Shown here: in pieces, positions 14,060 to 28,389 of the stretch
Position numbering within the stretch: position 1 is the first letter of the stretch
Layout: each line of letters begins with the position of its first letter
NCBI RefSeq assembly: GCF_963921235.1
Contig: NC_086097.1
Location: 114,206,001-114,270,000 of the forward strand
DNA: 64,000 bases
Direction: 5' to 3'
From: Mobula hypostoma
Lineage: Eukaryota
Program-made: the position numbers and the translations under genes
The notes under the pieces: generated by a model
What the model was told of the DNA's origin: nothing
What the model saw: the letters and a program-made list of their open reading frames with translations, nothing else
Databases searched by the model: none

Positions 14060-14905
14060 AAAGGCATGAGTGTGTTTATGTTAATGCAAGATGTTTTAAG
14101 AGTAAGTGAAATGAACTCAAGAATATGGATCAATCCATGGAACTATGATGTAGCGACTATTACAGAGACTTGACTGAGAGAGAGACAAGATTGGCTGCAT
14201 AATGTTCCAGGGTTTCAAATCATCAGACGAGATAGAGAGGGAGGTAAAAGAGGTGAAAGAATTACACTACTAGTCAGGGACCATATCATAGGAAATGAAG
14301 GGACATAATGGAGGGCTCTTCCACTGACTGTATATAGGTAGAACTCAAAAACAATAAAGATGCAACCAGTCTGCTCAGGTTATAAAACAGATTCCCTTCC
14401 CCCAATAGACACTGGGATATTAACGGACAGATTAAGGAAAGATGCAAAAGTAATGGTTATGTGGTGAGTAACTTCAACTTCCCCAATATAGACAGGGATT
14501 CCCTTAGTACAAGGAGGTTAGATGGGGTAAATTTATTAGGTGCATACAGCAGAGCCTCATTGTCTAACTAGAGGAAAGATCACACTGGACTCTGTATCAG
14601 GAAATGGGCCAAACTAGGTGATTGACTTTTCAGTTGGGAGTCACTTAGGAAACTATGATCATTACTCCTTGCGCTTTAGAATAAGTACAAGGATAAAAAT
14701 GGTGAAGTGTTAAGATTGGGCAGAGGAAAAATTACTGAAGCGCGGAAGTTAGAGAGAGTTAATTAGGTATAGAAGTTCTGGGCAAGTCCACATCTGATAT
14801 TAGGAAGATGTTTAAAGATCAACTACAGGGTATCGGACTGATATGTTCCAGTCTGAAGGAAGGTTGAGAATAGCAAGATATGGGTATCTTGGATGACAAG
14901 GGAGG
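14060..14905 (+). mobile_element. Degenerate CR1 endonuclease-region fragment
   Basis: YDV..ITET, RRDREGGKRG and FNFPNID motifs with stops, homologous to 47560-48430. Confidence 0.75.
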
Positions 14906-15049
14906 ACTGACAAACTTATCAGTCACTCGACATACTCTGAGACTTTTGTGCATCAACTCTCTTAATAATATTGGAAAAATGAAATATATCAGTTAATGTG
15001 CATTTTTCTTCATGGTCAATGAAACAGCCATACAACTTATGCTAGATTT

Positions 15050-16600
15050 TCAAGATTCAAGATTCTGAATTGTTTAATTTTATTTTGACTACACAAGTGT
15101 GAAGAGGAATTAAATAATTGTTACTCCAAATCTGGTGCAGCACAAAAATACCATAATAATAATGAATAGAAATATGTAAGATAAAGTGATGCAAAGCACA
15201 GGATTATATGTACATAAGGTGACTAATAGGAAATGATAGTTGTGGTGGTTGGGGGTGTGAAGGGGTGGGTTAGTGAATGGGAGTATTGATCAGTCTTACT
15301 GCTTGGGGAAAGTAACTGCTTGTTGATGTTATGCAGCCTCCTCCCTGATGGGAGTGGGACAAACAGTCCATGAGAAGAGTAGGTGGGATCTTTCATGACA
15401 TTACTAGTCCTTTTCAGGCACCTTTCTGTATGTATTTTCTTGACGGCGAGTAGGCTCGTGCCAGTGACACATTGGGCAGTTTTGACTACCCACTCTAGAA
15501 CCTTCCTGTCCAATGCAGTGCAGTTTCTGTACGATGCAGCTTGTTAGGATGCACTCTACTGTGCATCTGTAGAGATAGATCTGCATAGTTCAGCTCTCTA
15601 CAGCTGCTTCAGAAAGTAGAAGCAGTGGTGAGCTTTCCTGATTGTGTATAATGTATTCCAGGACCATGAGAGGTTGTGGAAGGAGTTTGAAACAACTTGC
15701 AGTTTCCACCGTTGTGCCACCAAAATAAAGTGGGGTGTAAGAGGTGCGAGCTCTCCTAAAGTCAATAACCTTTATCTTGTTGATATTGAGAAAGAGGTTA
15801 CTTACCTGGCACCAGGCCTTGAGCTCTTCCACCTCCTCTCTGTAAGTCGTCCCATCATTGTTAGTGAGGAGCCTCACCACAGTTCTGTCATTAGTGAACC
15901 TGACAGTGTGATTACTCAGGTGTCTAGCTATGCAGTCAGGTGTAAGCAGAGTGTAAGCAATAGGCTCAGCACATAGTCCTAAGGGCCACCTGTGATGAGG
16001 ATGATGGGAGGGAGGAGTGATTGTGGATCCTGACTTTCTGAGGTCTGTTAGTTAGGAAATCCAATACCCAGATCACAGTGGTGTACTTAGACAAAGGAGT
16101 AGAAGTTTGTTCACCAACACAGCCCTTGGGGCGGGGGGGGGCGCATCTGTGTTGCGGATAACGGGGAGGGAGGAGGACTTGTGCAACCTGACTCTCTGAG
16201 GTCTGTTGGTTAGGAAGTCCAACACCCAGAAGCACAGTGGTGTATTTAGACAGAGGAATAGGAGTATGTTCGGCAAGGTCTGTGGGACAATAGTGTTGAA
16301 CGACAAACAGAAATCCATAAACAGCATCCTGTCCTTGTTTTTAGGTGTGTCTGGGACAGATGCATGAAAGATGCTATCACATATGTCATAAAGTGGTTCT
16401 GTCAGTAAGCATATAGGTGAGAGTCTGATGTGGCAGGAATGGAGTTCTTGATATATAACATGATGAGCCAAAGCACTTCATAATGATCGCTATCCTTGTC
16501 ACCAGGCAGTATTCATTTAGTGCTCAAGGTGTAGAGTTCTTTGGTACAGGGATGATGGTGGCTGACGTGAAACATGTGGAGCACGCAGACTGGATGAGTG
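15050..16600 (-). mobile_element. Rex1/Babar-like LINE, degenerate
   Basis: RT fragments RMLFMDF.LSFNTI, WVLDFLTNRPQ, YREEVEEL..WC, LPSGRR; (ATCTTGA)-type tail. Confidence 0.75.
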
Positions 16601-16631
16601 CTGTATATACTGCAATGTTCCCACAAGAACT

Positions 16632-18645
16632 GTCCTTTGTTATTCAAATAACAAGCCATGGGTGACAAAGGACATTAAGGACATCCTGAATGCTAAAAAG
16701 AGGGTGTTTAGAGATGGAAATAGGGAGGAGCTGAGGGCAATATAGAGGGACCTGAAAGCCAGGATCAGGGAGGATAAAGACAGGTACAGGAGGAAGCTTG
16801 AGTGGAAACTCCAGCAAAACAACATGAGAGAGGTCTGGAGGGGGATGAGGACCATCACTGGGTTCCGGCAAACTAGCAACAGAGGAGCTGAAGGCAGTGT
16901 GGACAGGGCCAATGAACTTCACCTGTTCTTTAACAAATTTGACATTGTGGCCCCTGCCCACCCCCCACATGAGCCATCTGTTGTCAGCCCCCAACCAACA
17001 CATATTCCACTCTCCCCTCCTACCCCTCCTCACAGTCCCCCACCCTGCTCTCATGACTATACCCCTTCCCACACGAAACCACCACGGTGGGCTTCACAGC
17101 TGAAAAGACAGCTAAAACGTTTCAACCCAAGCAAGGCTGCAGGACCGGATGGTGTCAGTAACGGGGTGCTCAAAGCCTGTACCCCTCAGCTACGTGGAGT
17201 ACTTCGCCATGTATTAACCTGAGCCTGAGGCTCCGGAGGGTTCCTGTACTGTGGAAAAAGTCCTGCCTCATCCCTGTGCCAAAGACGCCACGCCCCAGCA
17301 GCCTCAATGACTACAGTCCGGTGGCATTGACCTCCCACATCATCAAGACCCTAGAGAGACTTGTTCTGGAGCTGCTCCGGCCTATGATCAGACCACACTT
17401 GGATCTCCTCCAGTTCGCCTACCAGCCCCAACTAGGGGTTGAGGATGCCATCGTCTACCTGCTGAACCATGTCTACGCCCACATGGACAAGCCAGCGAGC
17501 ACTGTGAGGGTCATGTTTTTTGACTTCTCCAGTGCGTTCAACACCATCCGCCCTGCTGTGCTGGGGGAGAAGCTGACAGCGATGCAGGTGGATGCTTCCC
17601 TGGTACCATGGATTCTTGATTACCTGACTGGCAGACCACAGTAGGTGTGCTTGCAACACTGTGTGTCCGACAGAGTGATCAGCAGCACTGAGGCTCCACA
17701 GGGGACTGTCTTGTCTCCCTTTCTCTTCACCATTTACACCTCGGACTTCAACTACTGCACAGAGTCTTGTCATCTTCAGAAGTTTTCGGATGGCTCTGCC
17801 ATAGTTGGATGCATCAGCAAGGGAGATGAGGCTGAGTACAGGGCTATGGTAGGAAACTTTGTCACATGGTGTGAGCAGAATTATCTGCAGCTTAATGTGA
17901 AAAAGACTAAGGAGCTGGTGGTAGACCTGAGGAGAGCTAAGGTACCAGTGACCCCTGTTTCCATCCAGGGGGTCAGTGTGGACATGGTGGAGGATTACAC
18001 ATACCTGGGGATACGAACTGACAATAAACTGGACTGGTCAAAGAACACTGAGGCTGTCTACAAGAAGGGTCAGAGCCGTCTCTATTTCCTGAGGAGACTG
18101 AGGTCCTTTAACATCTGCCGGACGATGCTGAGGATGTTCTACGAGTCTGTGGTGGCCAGTGCTATCATGTTTGCTGTTGTGTGCTGGGGCAGCAGGCTGA
18201 GGGTAGCAGACACCAACAGAATCAACAAACTCATTCGTAAGGCCAGTGATGTTGTGGGGATGGAACTGGACTCTCTCACGGTGGTGTCTGAAAAGAGGAT
18301 GCTGTCTAAGTTGCATGCCATCTTGGTCAATGTCTCCCATCTACTAGATAATGTACTGGGTGGTCACAGGAGTACATTCAGCCAGAGACTCATTCCACCA
18401 AGATGCAGCACAGAGCGTCATAGGAAGTCATTCCTGCCTGTGGCCATCAAACTTTACAACTCCTCCCTTGGAGGGTCAGACACCCTGAGCCAATAGGCTG
18501 GTCCTGGACTTATTTCATAATTTACTGGCATAATTTACATATTACTATTTAACAATTTATGGTTCTATTACTATTTATTATTTATGGTGCAACTGTAACG
18601 AAAACCAATTTCCCCTGGGATCGATAAAGTATGACTATGATTATG
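16632..18645 (+). mobile_element. Rex1/Babar LINE, 5'-truncated, young
   Basis: NNKPWVTKDIK, KAAGPDG, FFDFSSAFNTI, PQGTVLSPFLF, KFSD; few disruptions; AATAAA-like signal and (ATGACT)n tail. Confidence 0.9.
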
Positions 18646-19264
18646 TATCTGTAAAGACATCAGTGAGCTGGTGTGCACACTCTGTGAGTACTCAGCAATA
18701 ACTGAGCTCTCACGAGTAGGAGAAAAGAAATCTTGCAATAAAATGGCATCGATGAGATTAGTGCAAGTAGCATGGTGTCGAATATTGCTGCAGAGTATTT
18801 GGAGGAGAAAATCTACCTTATTCCAGGTTTCCCATTATATTATGACCTACAGAAAAGACACAAAATCTTTTTAATGAAGTTATAGAAATGGTTATAAGGG
18901 AAATGTGGTTGATTTCAGATAAATGGATTTCCAAAAGGCGTATGTTAAAGTACCAGATAATACAGCAATCATGAAGATTGAAGCCTATGGAATAAAAGAG
19001 ACGGCAGCAGCATGAATAAAAAATTGAGAGTAGTTATGGACCTGGGTAAACAGAGCACAATTTCGAAATTTATGGATGACTCAAAACTTGGTGCTGTAAA
19101 GACAAGACCATAATAATAGACTCCAGGGAGGCATAAAGTGGTTGGTGTATTGGGCATAGGTGGAAGATGCAGAGCAATGCAAAATGTTACATTTTAGTAG
19201 GAAGAATAAGAATTTCACTGCAAAACAGGTAATATAATTTTAAATGGTAACTAAGATTAAAATT

Positions 19265-20481
19265 AATCATTGATGAAAGGACAGCAGTGGGTGTAGAGTA
19301 TTTGGATTCCATTAAGGCATTTGATAAGGTACCACATGCAAGACTCCTTCAGAAAGTAAGGAGGCATGGGATCCAAGGAGACCTTGCTTTGTGGATCCAG
19401 AGTTGGCTTGCCCACAGAAGGCAAAGGGTGGTTGTAGATGGTTCGTATTCTATATGGAGGTTGGTGATCAGTGGTGTTCCACAAGGATCTGTTCTGGGAC
19501 CCCTCCTCTTTGTGATTTTTATAAATGACCTGGATGAAGAAGTAGAAAGGTGGGATAGTAAGCTTGCTGATGACACAAAGGTTGGGGGTGTTGTGGATAA
19601 ACTGGAGGGTTGTCAGAGGTTACAGCAGGACATCAATCAGATGCAGATCTGGGCTGAGAAGTGGCAGATGGGCTGGGCTGAGAAGTGACAGGTAGGTGTG
19701 AAGTGTTTCTTTTTGGTAGGTCAAATTTGAAGACAGAATATATTATCAATGGTAAGACTCTTGGCAATGTGGAGGATCAGAGAGATCTTAGAGTCCATGT
19801 CCGTAGGACACTCAAAGCTGCTGCGCAGGTTAACAGTGTTGTTAAGAAGGCATATGGTGTGTTGGCCTTTATCAACCGTGGGATTGAGTTCAAGAGCCAT
19901 GAGGTAATGTTACAGCTGTACAAGACCGTAGTTAGACTCCACTTGGAGTACTGTGTTCCATTCTAGTCACCTCACTACAGAAAGGATGTGGATACAAGAG
20001 ACAGAGTGCAGAGGAAATTTACAAGGATATTGCCTGGATTGGAAGGCGTACCTTATGAAAATAGGTTGAGTGAACGTGGCCTTTTCTCCTTGGAGTGATG
20101 GAGGATAAGAGGTGACCTGATAGAGGAGTATAAGATGATGAGAGGCATTGATCATGTGGATAGACAAAGGCTTTTTCCCAGGGCTGGAATGGCTAGCACG
20201 AGAGGGGCAGTTTTAAGGTGCTTGGAAGTAGGTACAGAGGAGAGGTCAGGAGTAAGTTTTTCCCACACAGAGAGTGGTGGGTGCATGGAATGCACCACCA
20301 GCGATGGTGGTGGAAGTGGATACAATAGGGTCTTTTAAGAGACTCCTAGATAGGTACATAGAGCTTAGAAAATTAGAGGGCTATGTGCTAGGGAAATTCT
20401 AGGCAGTTTCTGGAGCAGTTACATGGTTGGCACAACATTGTGCACCGAAGAGCCTGTAATGTGCTGTAGGTTTCTATGTTC
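19265..20481 (+). mobile_element. CR1 LINE 3' fragment nested in older CR1 remnants (about 18720-20990)
   Basis: KAFDKVPH, GVPQGSVLGPLLF, ADDTK motifs; TTCTATGTT tail. Confidence 0.88.
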
Positions 20482-22263
20482 CAGAAAGGTTCGAGGGAAT
20501 ATGTGCAGAGTTAATTGAAAGAGACTTGAGAAATGGGTAAGAAAAAAAAAACAATTAGAATCCTGGGTTTTATAAACAGAGGCAGAATATACCTTCATAA
20601 AATATAGGTTTGCCCACATCCAAGATAGTAGATCCAGTTCTGCATGCCACTTTTGGAAATACGTAAAGACTTTCAAAACATTACAGAAAATATAACATAA
20701 ATTATTCCTGTGGCATATGTTGATTAGTTGGAGAAGCTGAGGTTGTTCTTGAAACAAGAGTAGATTAAAATAAAGTCTGATAAGAGTTTTTAAAAATCAT
20801 GAAGTATAATAGAGCAAAGAGATAGCAATTGCTACCCTTGGTAGAAAGATGAACCAGGGAAAATAGAAATAAAAGCAATTGGCAAAAAATAAGGAGATGA
20901 GAAAAAAACAAAGTGTATTGCCAGGGATAATAGTAGAGGCAGTTACAATCACAGTATTTACAGGGAAGCTGGATGATTTCTTAAATCATTTTTTAGGCAT
21001 CTGAGCAATGATGGCAAAGTCTGAATTTGTTACCCATCCCTAAATGCTCACTAGAAAGTGAAATGCCTTCTTAAACTGCTGCAGTCCTTCAGAAACTGTT
21101 GCGTATGGACTACCACAATTTAGACACAGAGAACTTGACAAAATGGCAATGCATTTCAGAATCAGAAAGGGTCTGCTTTGGGGGAGAACCTGAACATGGT
21201 GGTGCTCTATCAGCTTGTCCTTTATAGTGGTAGATGTGGATTTGGGAGGTGTTGCTGAAATAGGATAAGTGAGTAACGTCAGTGCATTTTTTTAGCTTCA
21301 ATATCAGTGGTGGAAGCATTGAAATCGTAGGGTGGAGGATATCATATCAACCAAGAGGGACTGCCTTGTGTCCAGATTCTTCAGAGATTTTGGAGCTGCA
21401 CGCAGCCAGACAAGTCTGGATATTCCAACTTACTCTGGCTTTTGTGTTGTAGATGGTGGATGGTGTTAGGAGTGTCAGGAGGTTTGTCATTTGCTACAGT
21501 ATGCCCTGCTACTGACTCCCACTTTCAGCCATAGCATTTATGTGGCTACTCCAGTTGAGTTTCTGATCAATGGCGAGCCAGAATGTAGATGATGGGGGAT
21601 TGGGAGTGGTAAATATCATGGGCAAGTGATTACTCATCTTTAAGATGATCATTGCCTGGCATTTTTATGACACAAGTGTCAGCTGTTGTCAAATGTTGTC
21701 TTGGTTTTGTTAAATACAGGCCTGGGCTCCTTCATTTGGTGAGAGAACCAAACATTTTGTAAACATCCCTGCATCTGACCAAAGGAAGATCTTTAATTAA
21801 ACAGTTGAAAATGGTTAGATCTACAACACTACCCTGACAAATTCCTTAGTCAGATCTTCCGGTTGTGATGATTGACCTTCAAAAACCACATGAATACAGT
21901 CTAAAGCGGCTGGAGTCCGCAGAATGAAAAAGGACACACAGAGATGGCTGTGAATGGAACTAGTTGGTCAGCATTTCATTTAAACTTGGATGGACTTGAT
22001 GGGGTGAATCTCTTTTTCTCTAAATACTATGCAAGAAATAGCTAAACTCTGACTGTATGCTGCTTTACATATAACAGCAACTACCTAGGATTTCAGGCTG
22101 AAGCCCGTTTTAATGATATCATCAAGATATTCTGATTTAGCAGAATGCTCTTCCCAGAATTCTTCGATTTGTGCTTTATAGATATCATCTCTCAAAGTCT
22201 CCCAACAGTGCCACGCTTATACAAATAACAAATACATCAAAAATTTATGTGAAAGCAACTCAC

Positions 22264-22305
22264 CAACTGCATTCTGTTTTCCTTCATTTCTCAAAAAGTC
22301 CTTCC
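22264..22305 (-). CDS. C18orf63: C18orf63 coding exon 5, (G)KDFLRNEGKQNAV
   Basis: ttttgcttaag acceptor, GTGAGT donor, 42 nt, phase 1-1. Resembles GRDFLSQMGKQSAV. Confidence 0.9.
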
Positions 22306-22795
22306 CTTAAGCAAAATTAATGTAACTGAGCAAAGCATATATTAGCAATGTGTTATTAATAGCAATCATAATGTTCTATTAACTGTAACCATTACCATCA
22401 GTTAGGCAATGCAAATTAGTTTATAATTCCAAGTATGAGATCCCAGTATCAAATGTGTCAATCAAAATCACTAGTAAAATAAACAAATACTTATTATTTC
22501 ACCTGTAATATATTCTCTGCCTAAACCCTAACAGTAATAGTGGAACAAACAGCATGATACAACATTCTGTTGCAACTAACATTCATGTTACACAAAACAC
22601 TAATGTTTAGTCACCCTTTGTGAAAGGTGCTCTCTGCAAATGGAGGCAAATTATTATATAAAGTATAAGCATATATTTTCAAATTTTAAATGGCCACTCT
22701 GAGTGTTTTAATTACAGCATTTTATTAAACTGATTTATATAAAGGGCTTGATTTTTCATTTTACTGTTAATAAATAGAAAACTCTACTTAATACA

Positions 22796-23312
22796 CACTC
22801 AGTGGCCACATTATTAGGTACAGGAATAGAACCCAGTGTGGTCTTCTGCCACTGTGGAACATCGACTTCAAGGTTCGACATATTATGCATTCAGAGATGC
22901 TCTTCTGCACACCACCGTTGTAGCACGTGGGAATTTGAGTTACTGTCAGTTTGAACCAGTGTGGCCATTCTTTTCTGACCCTTCTCATTAATGAGGTGTT
23001 TTTGCCCATAGAACACCTGTATGCATTTTGTTTTTAAAACCATTCTCTGTAAATTCTAGACGATTGTTGTGCATGAAAATTCCAGGAGATTAGCAGTTTC
23101 TGAGATACTCAAACCACCCCATTTGGTATCAACAATCATTTTATGGTCCAAGTCACTTAGGTTACATTTCTTCCCCATTGGTCTGAACAATAACTGAACA
23201 TCTTGACCATGTCTGCATGTTTTTATGCATCGAGTTGCTGCCACATGATTGGCTGATTAGATATTTGCATTAACAAGGTGTACATGTATACTTAATAAAA
23301 TGACCTCTGAGT
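22796..23312 (-). mobile_element. Second copy of the Tc1-like deletion derivative
   Basis: Reverse-complement homology to 3335-3905 with the same TIR. Confidence 0.8.
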
Positions 23313-23344
23313 TAGTGAGTCAGACTATTGGTTATATTTTTCTT

Positions 23345-23390
23345 AGTCATAGTAGTAGTCATACTTTATTAATTCCGGGGGAAATTGGTT
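23345..23390 (-). mobile_element. 46 bp Rex1 3'-end insertion
   Basis: Reverse complement AACCAATTTCCCCCGGAATTAATAAAGTATGACTACTACTATGACT matches 18603-18645. Confidence 0.75.
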
Positions 23391-23461
23391 ATTAAATTAA
23401 ATGCATTGCTAATTAAATACATTGCTTGGAAACAGTGTCTTTTTCTAACCAGACCAAATTA

Positions 23462-23602
<141 letters not shown>

Positions 23603-24152
23603 TCATTATCGAAAAACCGTATTAAATATTTCACATAGACACAGTATCAGGCAATATGCCTCTCATGCATGCTCATTAAGAACAAGGCTGATTTTTTACA
23701 TCAGTGCCATTTTTCTACTCCAACTCTTAATATGTTTAAAACCTAAAACTCCTATTAAACTTGCCATCAAAGGTGCCACATGAAAATCAAAATGTAACAC
23801 AAATTTCTGAACACCTCAATATACTGTAGATGACACTGGCAGAGTTAATCGAACTGAATTGATTTGTGATAACATGTTAGCTCTTTTTACCTCCTGTCAT
23901 TTTCCGTGAATGTCCCAATTGAACATATGGAAATTGCTACTATTTTGGTAACAAGCTATTAACAAAATCATCATATAAAGTTTAGAAAGTATCCTTACGC
24001 GCTTCATAAATAGGTACATGGAAAACAGGTAAGTCAAGAAGTAGTGAGAGTTTAGTTTTGAGTAATCAAAATCTAAAACATGTATTTTGTGGCTTAATAA
24101 AATGTGCGCAAACGCACATGGCCGTTCCAAATGATATCGATTATGTGTTAAC

Positions 24153-24707
24153 AATCCTGATTTGATGGAGACAGCCATGAGAAGCACGGAGGAACACCTG
24201 GAGAAACTTCTGAAATGCCTGCTTCGCTGCTGCTGCTACTGTGCGATTGAGAATCTCTGGAGGGGAAGGCCCCAAATCCTCAGCTTTGCCTATTGCCAGG
24301 ACTGGGGTCGAAGCGCTCGGCAGAGACGGTGCTCGGTATCGGAGAGCTGGTCGTAGGCTTAGAGTATTCGGACGGACTCAGAGTCGGACTGCGGTTGGAT
24401 GCTTCCAGGGTGCTGCATCGGCAAGTTTGTGGCGCTGGAGGTTCACTGTCTGCATGAGATGATGGGACTTTCGAGAGACTTTAAGACTTTTACCATGCCC
24501 ATGGTCTGTTCTTATCAAATTACAGTATTGCTTTGCGCTGTTTTAACTATATGTTATAATTATGTGGTTTTTGTCAGTTTTTAAGTCGGTTTGTCATGTG
24601 TTTCTGTAATATCATTCTGGAAAAACATTGTATCATTTCTTAATGCATGCATTACTAAATGACAATAAAAGAGGACTGCGTGTCCTCATAATCTAATCTA
24701 ATCTAAT
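24153..24707 (+). mobile_element. Non-LTR retroelement 3' portion with (AATCT)n tail
   Basis: Homologous to 27590-28112; AATAAA followed by a microsatellite tail. Confidence 0.7.
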
Positions 24708-25004
24708 ATGTTTTTCACATTTGGAAACTGATACTTGTTTTAAAAAAGAGGAATAGACTGCTTGGTAAAGCAAAGCACCTTTAGGGTGGAAAAATTTAAG
24801 ACAATAAGACTGGTAACTGGTTATGCCTCCAGTATTACAACACAGCATTATAGTTGGGAAGCATAATTTTCAAAAGGTTGGAGAGCACAGGGTGTGGCGT
24901 CACAAAAGAACTCTCTAATCAAATTCTTTGTGGAGTCTTGATGATTAAATGATTTGGTTACTGAGGATTTCATAAACCTTTCAAATTATATTTCAAAGTA
25001 CTAT

Positions 25005-26780
25005 CTGGTTCCATATACTATCATGAGATTTATTTTCTTGCAGGCATTTGCACGGAAAAAATAAATACAATATAATTTTATGAAAAGCTGGACATAAACA
25101 CACAAAAATTGACAAACAACTAATTTGCAAAAGACAAACTGTGCACATATAAATACTGAGAACATACATTGTAAAGAGTCCTAAAAAGTGAGTCTATAGG
25201 TCATAGAATTAGTTCAAAGTAGAGGTAAATGAAGTTATCAGTTTGAGAATCTGATGGTTTAAGGGTAATAAGTGTTCCTGAACCTGGAGGTGTGGGACCT
25301 AGAGCTTCTGTACCACCTGACTGACAGTAGTAGCAAAGAGGGAATGGCCTGGATCGTGGAGGTGTTTAATGATAGATAAGAATCATAATAAAGTTTAACA
25401 TGTTGTGAAATTTGTTGTTTTGTGGCAGCAGTACAGTGCAATGCAGAATAAAACAATAAATTATAATAAGATATACAGACACATACATACACACATTAAG
25501 TAAGTAGTGCAAAAAGAGAGGGATGGTGAGGGTTCATTGTCCATTCAGAAATCTGATGGTGGAGGGGAAGAATCTGTTCCTAAAATGTGGAGTCTTCACA
25601 CTCCTGACCTCTTCCTTGACGGTAGCAATGAGAAGAGGACATGTTCTGGATGATGGCGATACCCCTTTCTCTTTAAAAAAAAAAGTCCACTGAACATCTG
25701 TTGCTTAATGATGGATGTTGCCTTTTTGAAACATCACCTTTTAAAAAGGTCCTTGATGCTGGGGAAGGTAGTGCCCATGATGGAGCTGGCTGAATTTGCT
25801 ACTTTCTGCAACATTTTCCAATCCTGTGCAGTCGTCCTTCCAGGCCTGACAGTGATGCACCCAATTGGAATGCTCTCCACAGTACATCTAAAGAAATGTG
25901 CTAGTCTTTGGTGACATACCAAACCTCTCAAAATCTTAATGAAATATAGCCACTGTTGTGTTTTCTTTGTAATTGCATCAATATGTTGAGCCCGGGACAG
26001 ATCTTTAGAAAATGCTCACCCTTTCCATTGCTGATCCCTCGACGAGGACTGATGTGCAGTTCCTCAACTTCCCTTTCCTGGAATCCGCTATCAATTTGTT
26101 GGTCTTACTGATGCTGAGTGCAAGGTTGTTACACCACCACTGAATCAGCTGATCTATCTCCTCATCGCCATCTGCAATTCTGTCATCAGTAAATTTATAG
26201 GTGTTTGAACTGTGCCTAGACACACAGTTGTGTTGGTAGAGAGAGTACAGCAATGAGCTAAGCACACATCCTTGAAGTGCACCAGTGCTGACTGTCAGCA
26301 AGGAGGAGATGTTACTTCTGATCTGCACTGACTGTGGTCTCCCAATAAGTCAAGAATGTCATTTTCTTGCAGCAGCGCTCTATGTAAATGTACTCAATGG
26401 TGGGGAAGGTTTTTCCTGTGCTGTAGTGGGTTATAATCACCACTTTCTGTAGACTTTTCAATTCCTGGGCATTGATGTTTCCATAGCAGGCTATGATGCA
26501 ACTAGGTCAGCTACCTTCCATTACACATCTATAGAAGATTGTCGAAGATTTGTAGTGACATACCAAATTTACATGAACTTCTAAGGAAGTAAAGGCACTG
26601 TTGTGTCTTTGTGATGACACTTACTGCATGTGTTCTTCCAAGGAAAAAACATCTAGTGTGTTATTATCAAGGAATTTAAAGCTCCTGATCCTCTCCATCT
26701 CCATTTTTCTAGTGAGGACTGGCTCATGGATCTGCAAGTTGGATAATCAACTCTCTGGTTTTACTGATGTTGAGTGAAAT
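25005..26780 (-). mobile_element. Cluster of degenerate Rex1/L2-like LINE fragments
   Basis: STGALQGCVLSSLLYSLY, KFTDD and FRCTVESI peptides on the minus strand. Confidence 0.7.
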
Positions 26781-27589
26781 GATTTCTTAAGCTGATACAG
26801 ATCCTTTACTTCTGTGATTTTGATCAGGTGACAGAGGCCAATTATCCACTTACTACTTAAAGATGACTTACTTCAACTCTACCCAATTACCAACCTTATC
26901 CCATAATAGAGCTTGAAATAGTGGTGTCAGGTATGCAAACGTGATGGCCAATTCTCGGAAGCCATTTGAGTGTATCAAAGTTCACAATGAAGTGAAATGC
27001 TGCCCGGGAGAGAACATTAGTCTGACAAAATCCTAGACATGGACCATTTTTGCAATTCAGAATCCACCTCCCAGTGAAGGAAGACTGACTGTTTACTGCT
27101 GTCTTCAATGTCCCAGTACAGCCTTTGGTCAAGTGAGGAAAAGGATATTTGAAGTTCAAGCTCTTAAGACAAAATTCAGTCTACCAGACATCAGTGAATC
27201 CTGTCTTTTAAAGTCCCCTGAGATGTGGAGCACCTATTGCACTTAAAGACATTACTGCAATATCCTCCAAATTCAGTGGAACAATAAGCAAACCAATGTC
27301 AAGCCAACTATAGCACTCTGATCCCCAGGTGAACTCAACAGATTGCATCCTTAGAATGGATTATACCTATGATTTTTTTTTGTACATTGAGTTCAACCAC
27401 TGACACACAAGTAGCAGCCTTGGAAAAGTTCTGAAGTTGAGCTTACTGAAATATGCACAAGTACAGTAAAAAACTAACTCGCAGCAGCATCACCCATACA
27501 TATCATATAAGCAATTAAACATGAATAAGACACAATCTTTACAAGAAAGAACAAAACAATTGAGTGCAAAATAATCAGTGGTTATGGTG

Positions 27590-28112
27590 TCTGAAATGCC
27601 TGCTTCACTGCTGCTGCAACTGTGTGGCCCAGAATCTCCAGAGGAGAAGGCCCCGAGTCCTCGGCTTTGCTTGCTGCTCGGCGGCTGGGGCGGGGTCAAA
27701 GCACTCTGCAGAGGATGGTGCTCAGAGAGGCTGTGTCGGAGGCTTGAAGTTTTTGGACGGACTCAAGAGTCCGCTGCAGTCAGGTGCTTCCAATGGTGCT
27801 GCAACAGCAAGTTGGCGGTGCTTGGAGGCTCATGGCAGGGAGAGTTTCTCCCTTCTGCCTCCTGCGTTGATGAGTCTATCGGGACTTTGAGACTTTTTCT
27901 TTTACTGTGCCCATGGTCTGCTCTTTATCAAATTATGGTATTGCTTTGCACTGTTATAAATATATGTTATAATTATGTGGTTTTGTCAGTTTTAGTCTTG
28001 GTTTGTCCTGTGTTTTCTTGTGATATCTTTCTGGAGGAATGTTGTATCATTTTTTAACGCATGCATTTCTAAATGACAATAAACGAGGACTGAGTGTCTT
28101 CATAATCTAATC
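27590..28112 (+). mobile_element. Second copy of the (AATCT)n-tailed retroelement 3' portion
   Basis: Colinear with 24210-24707. Confidence 0.7.
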
Positions 28113-28389
28113 AAAAAAAATTCTAGTGATTAAGGTAGCATTGACTGGTTCAAGAACTAAATGGTTGAAGGGAAGTAGCTGTTCCTGTCGTGTGGGTCTC
28201 CGTGCTTCTGAACATCCTGCCCGATGTCAGGAGCAAGAAGATAGCAGGGTCCGGATTATGGAGATCTTTGATGATGGATCAACCTGCAGATAATAACGCT
28301 GGGGGGGGGGGTGTGCCTGAAATATATTGGGTGGAGTTCACTTCTCTCTGCAGCTTCTCAAGTTCTTGCACATTTGAAATAAGACTATA

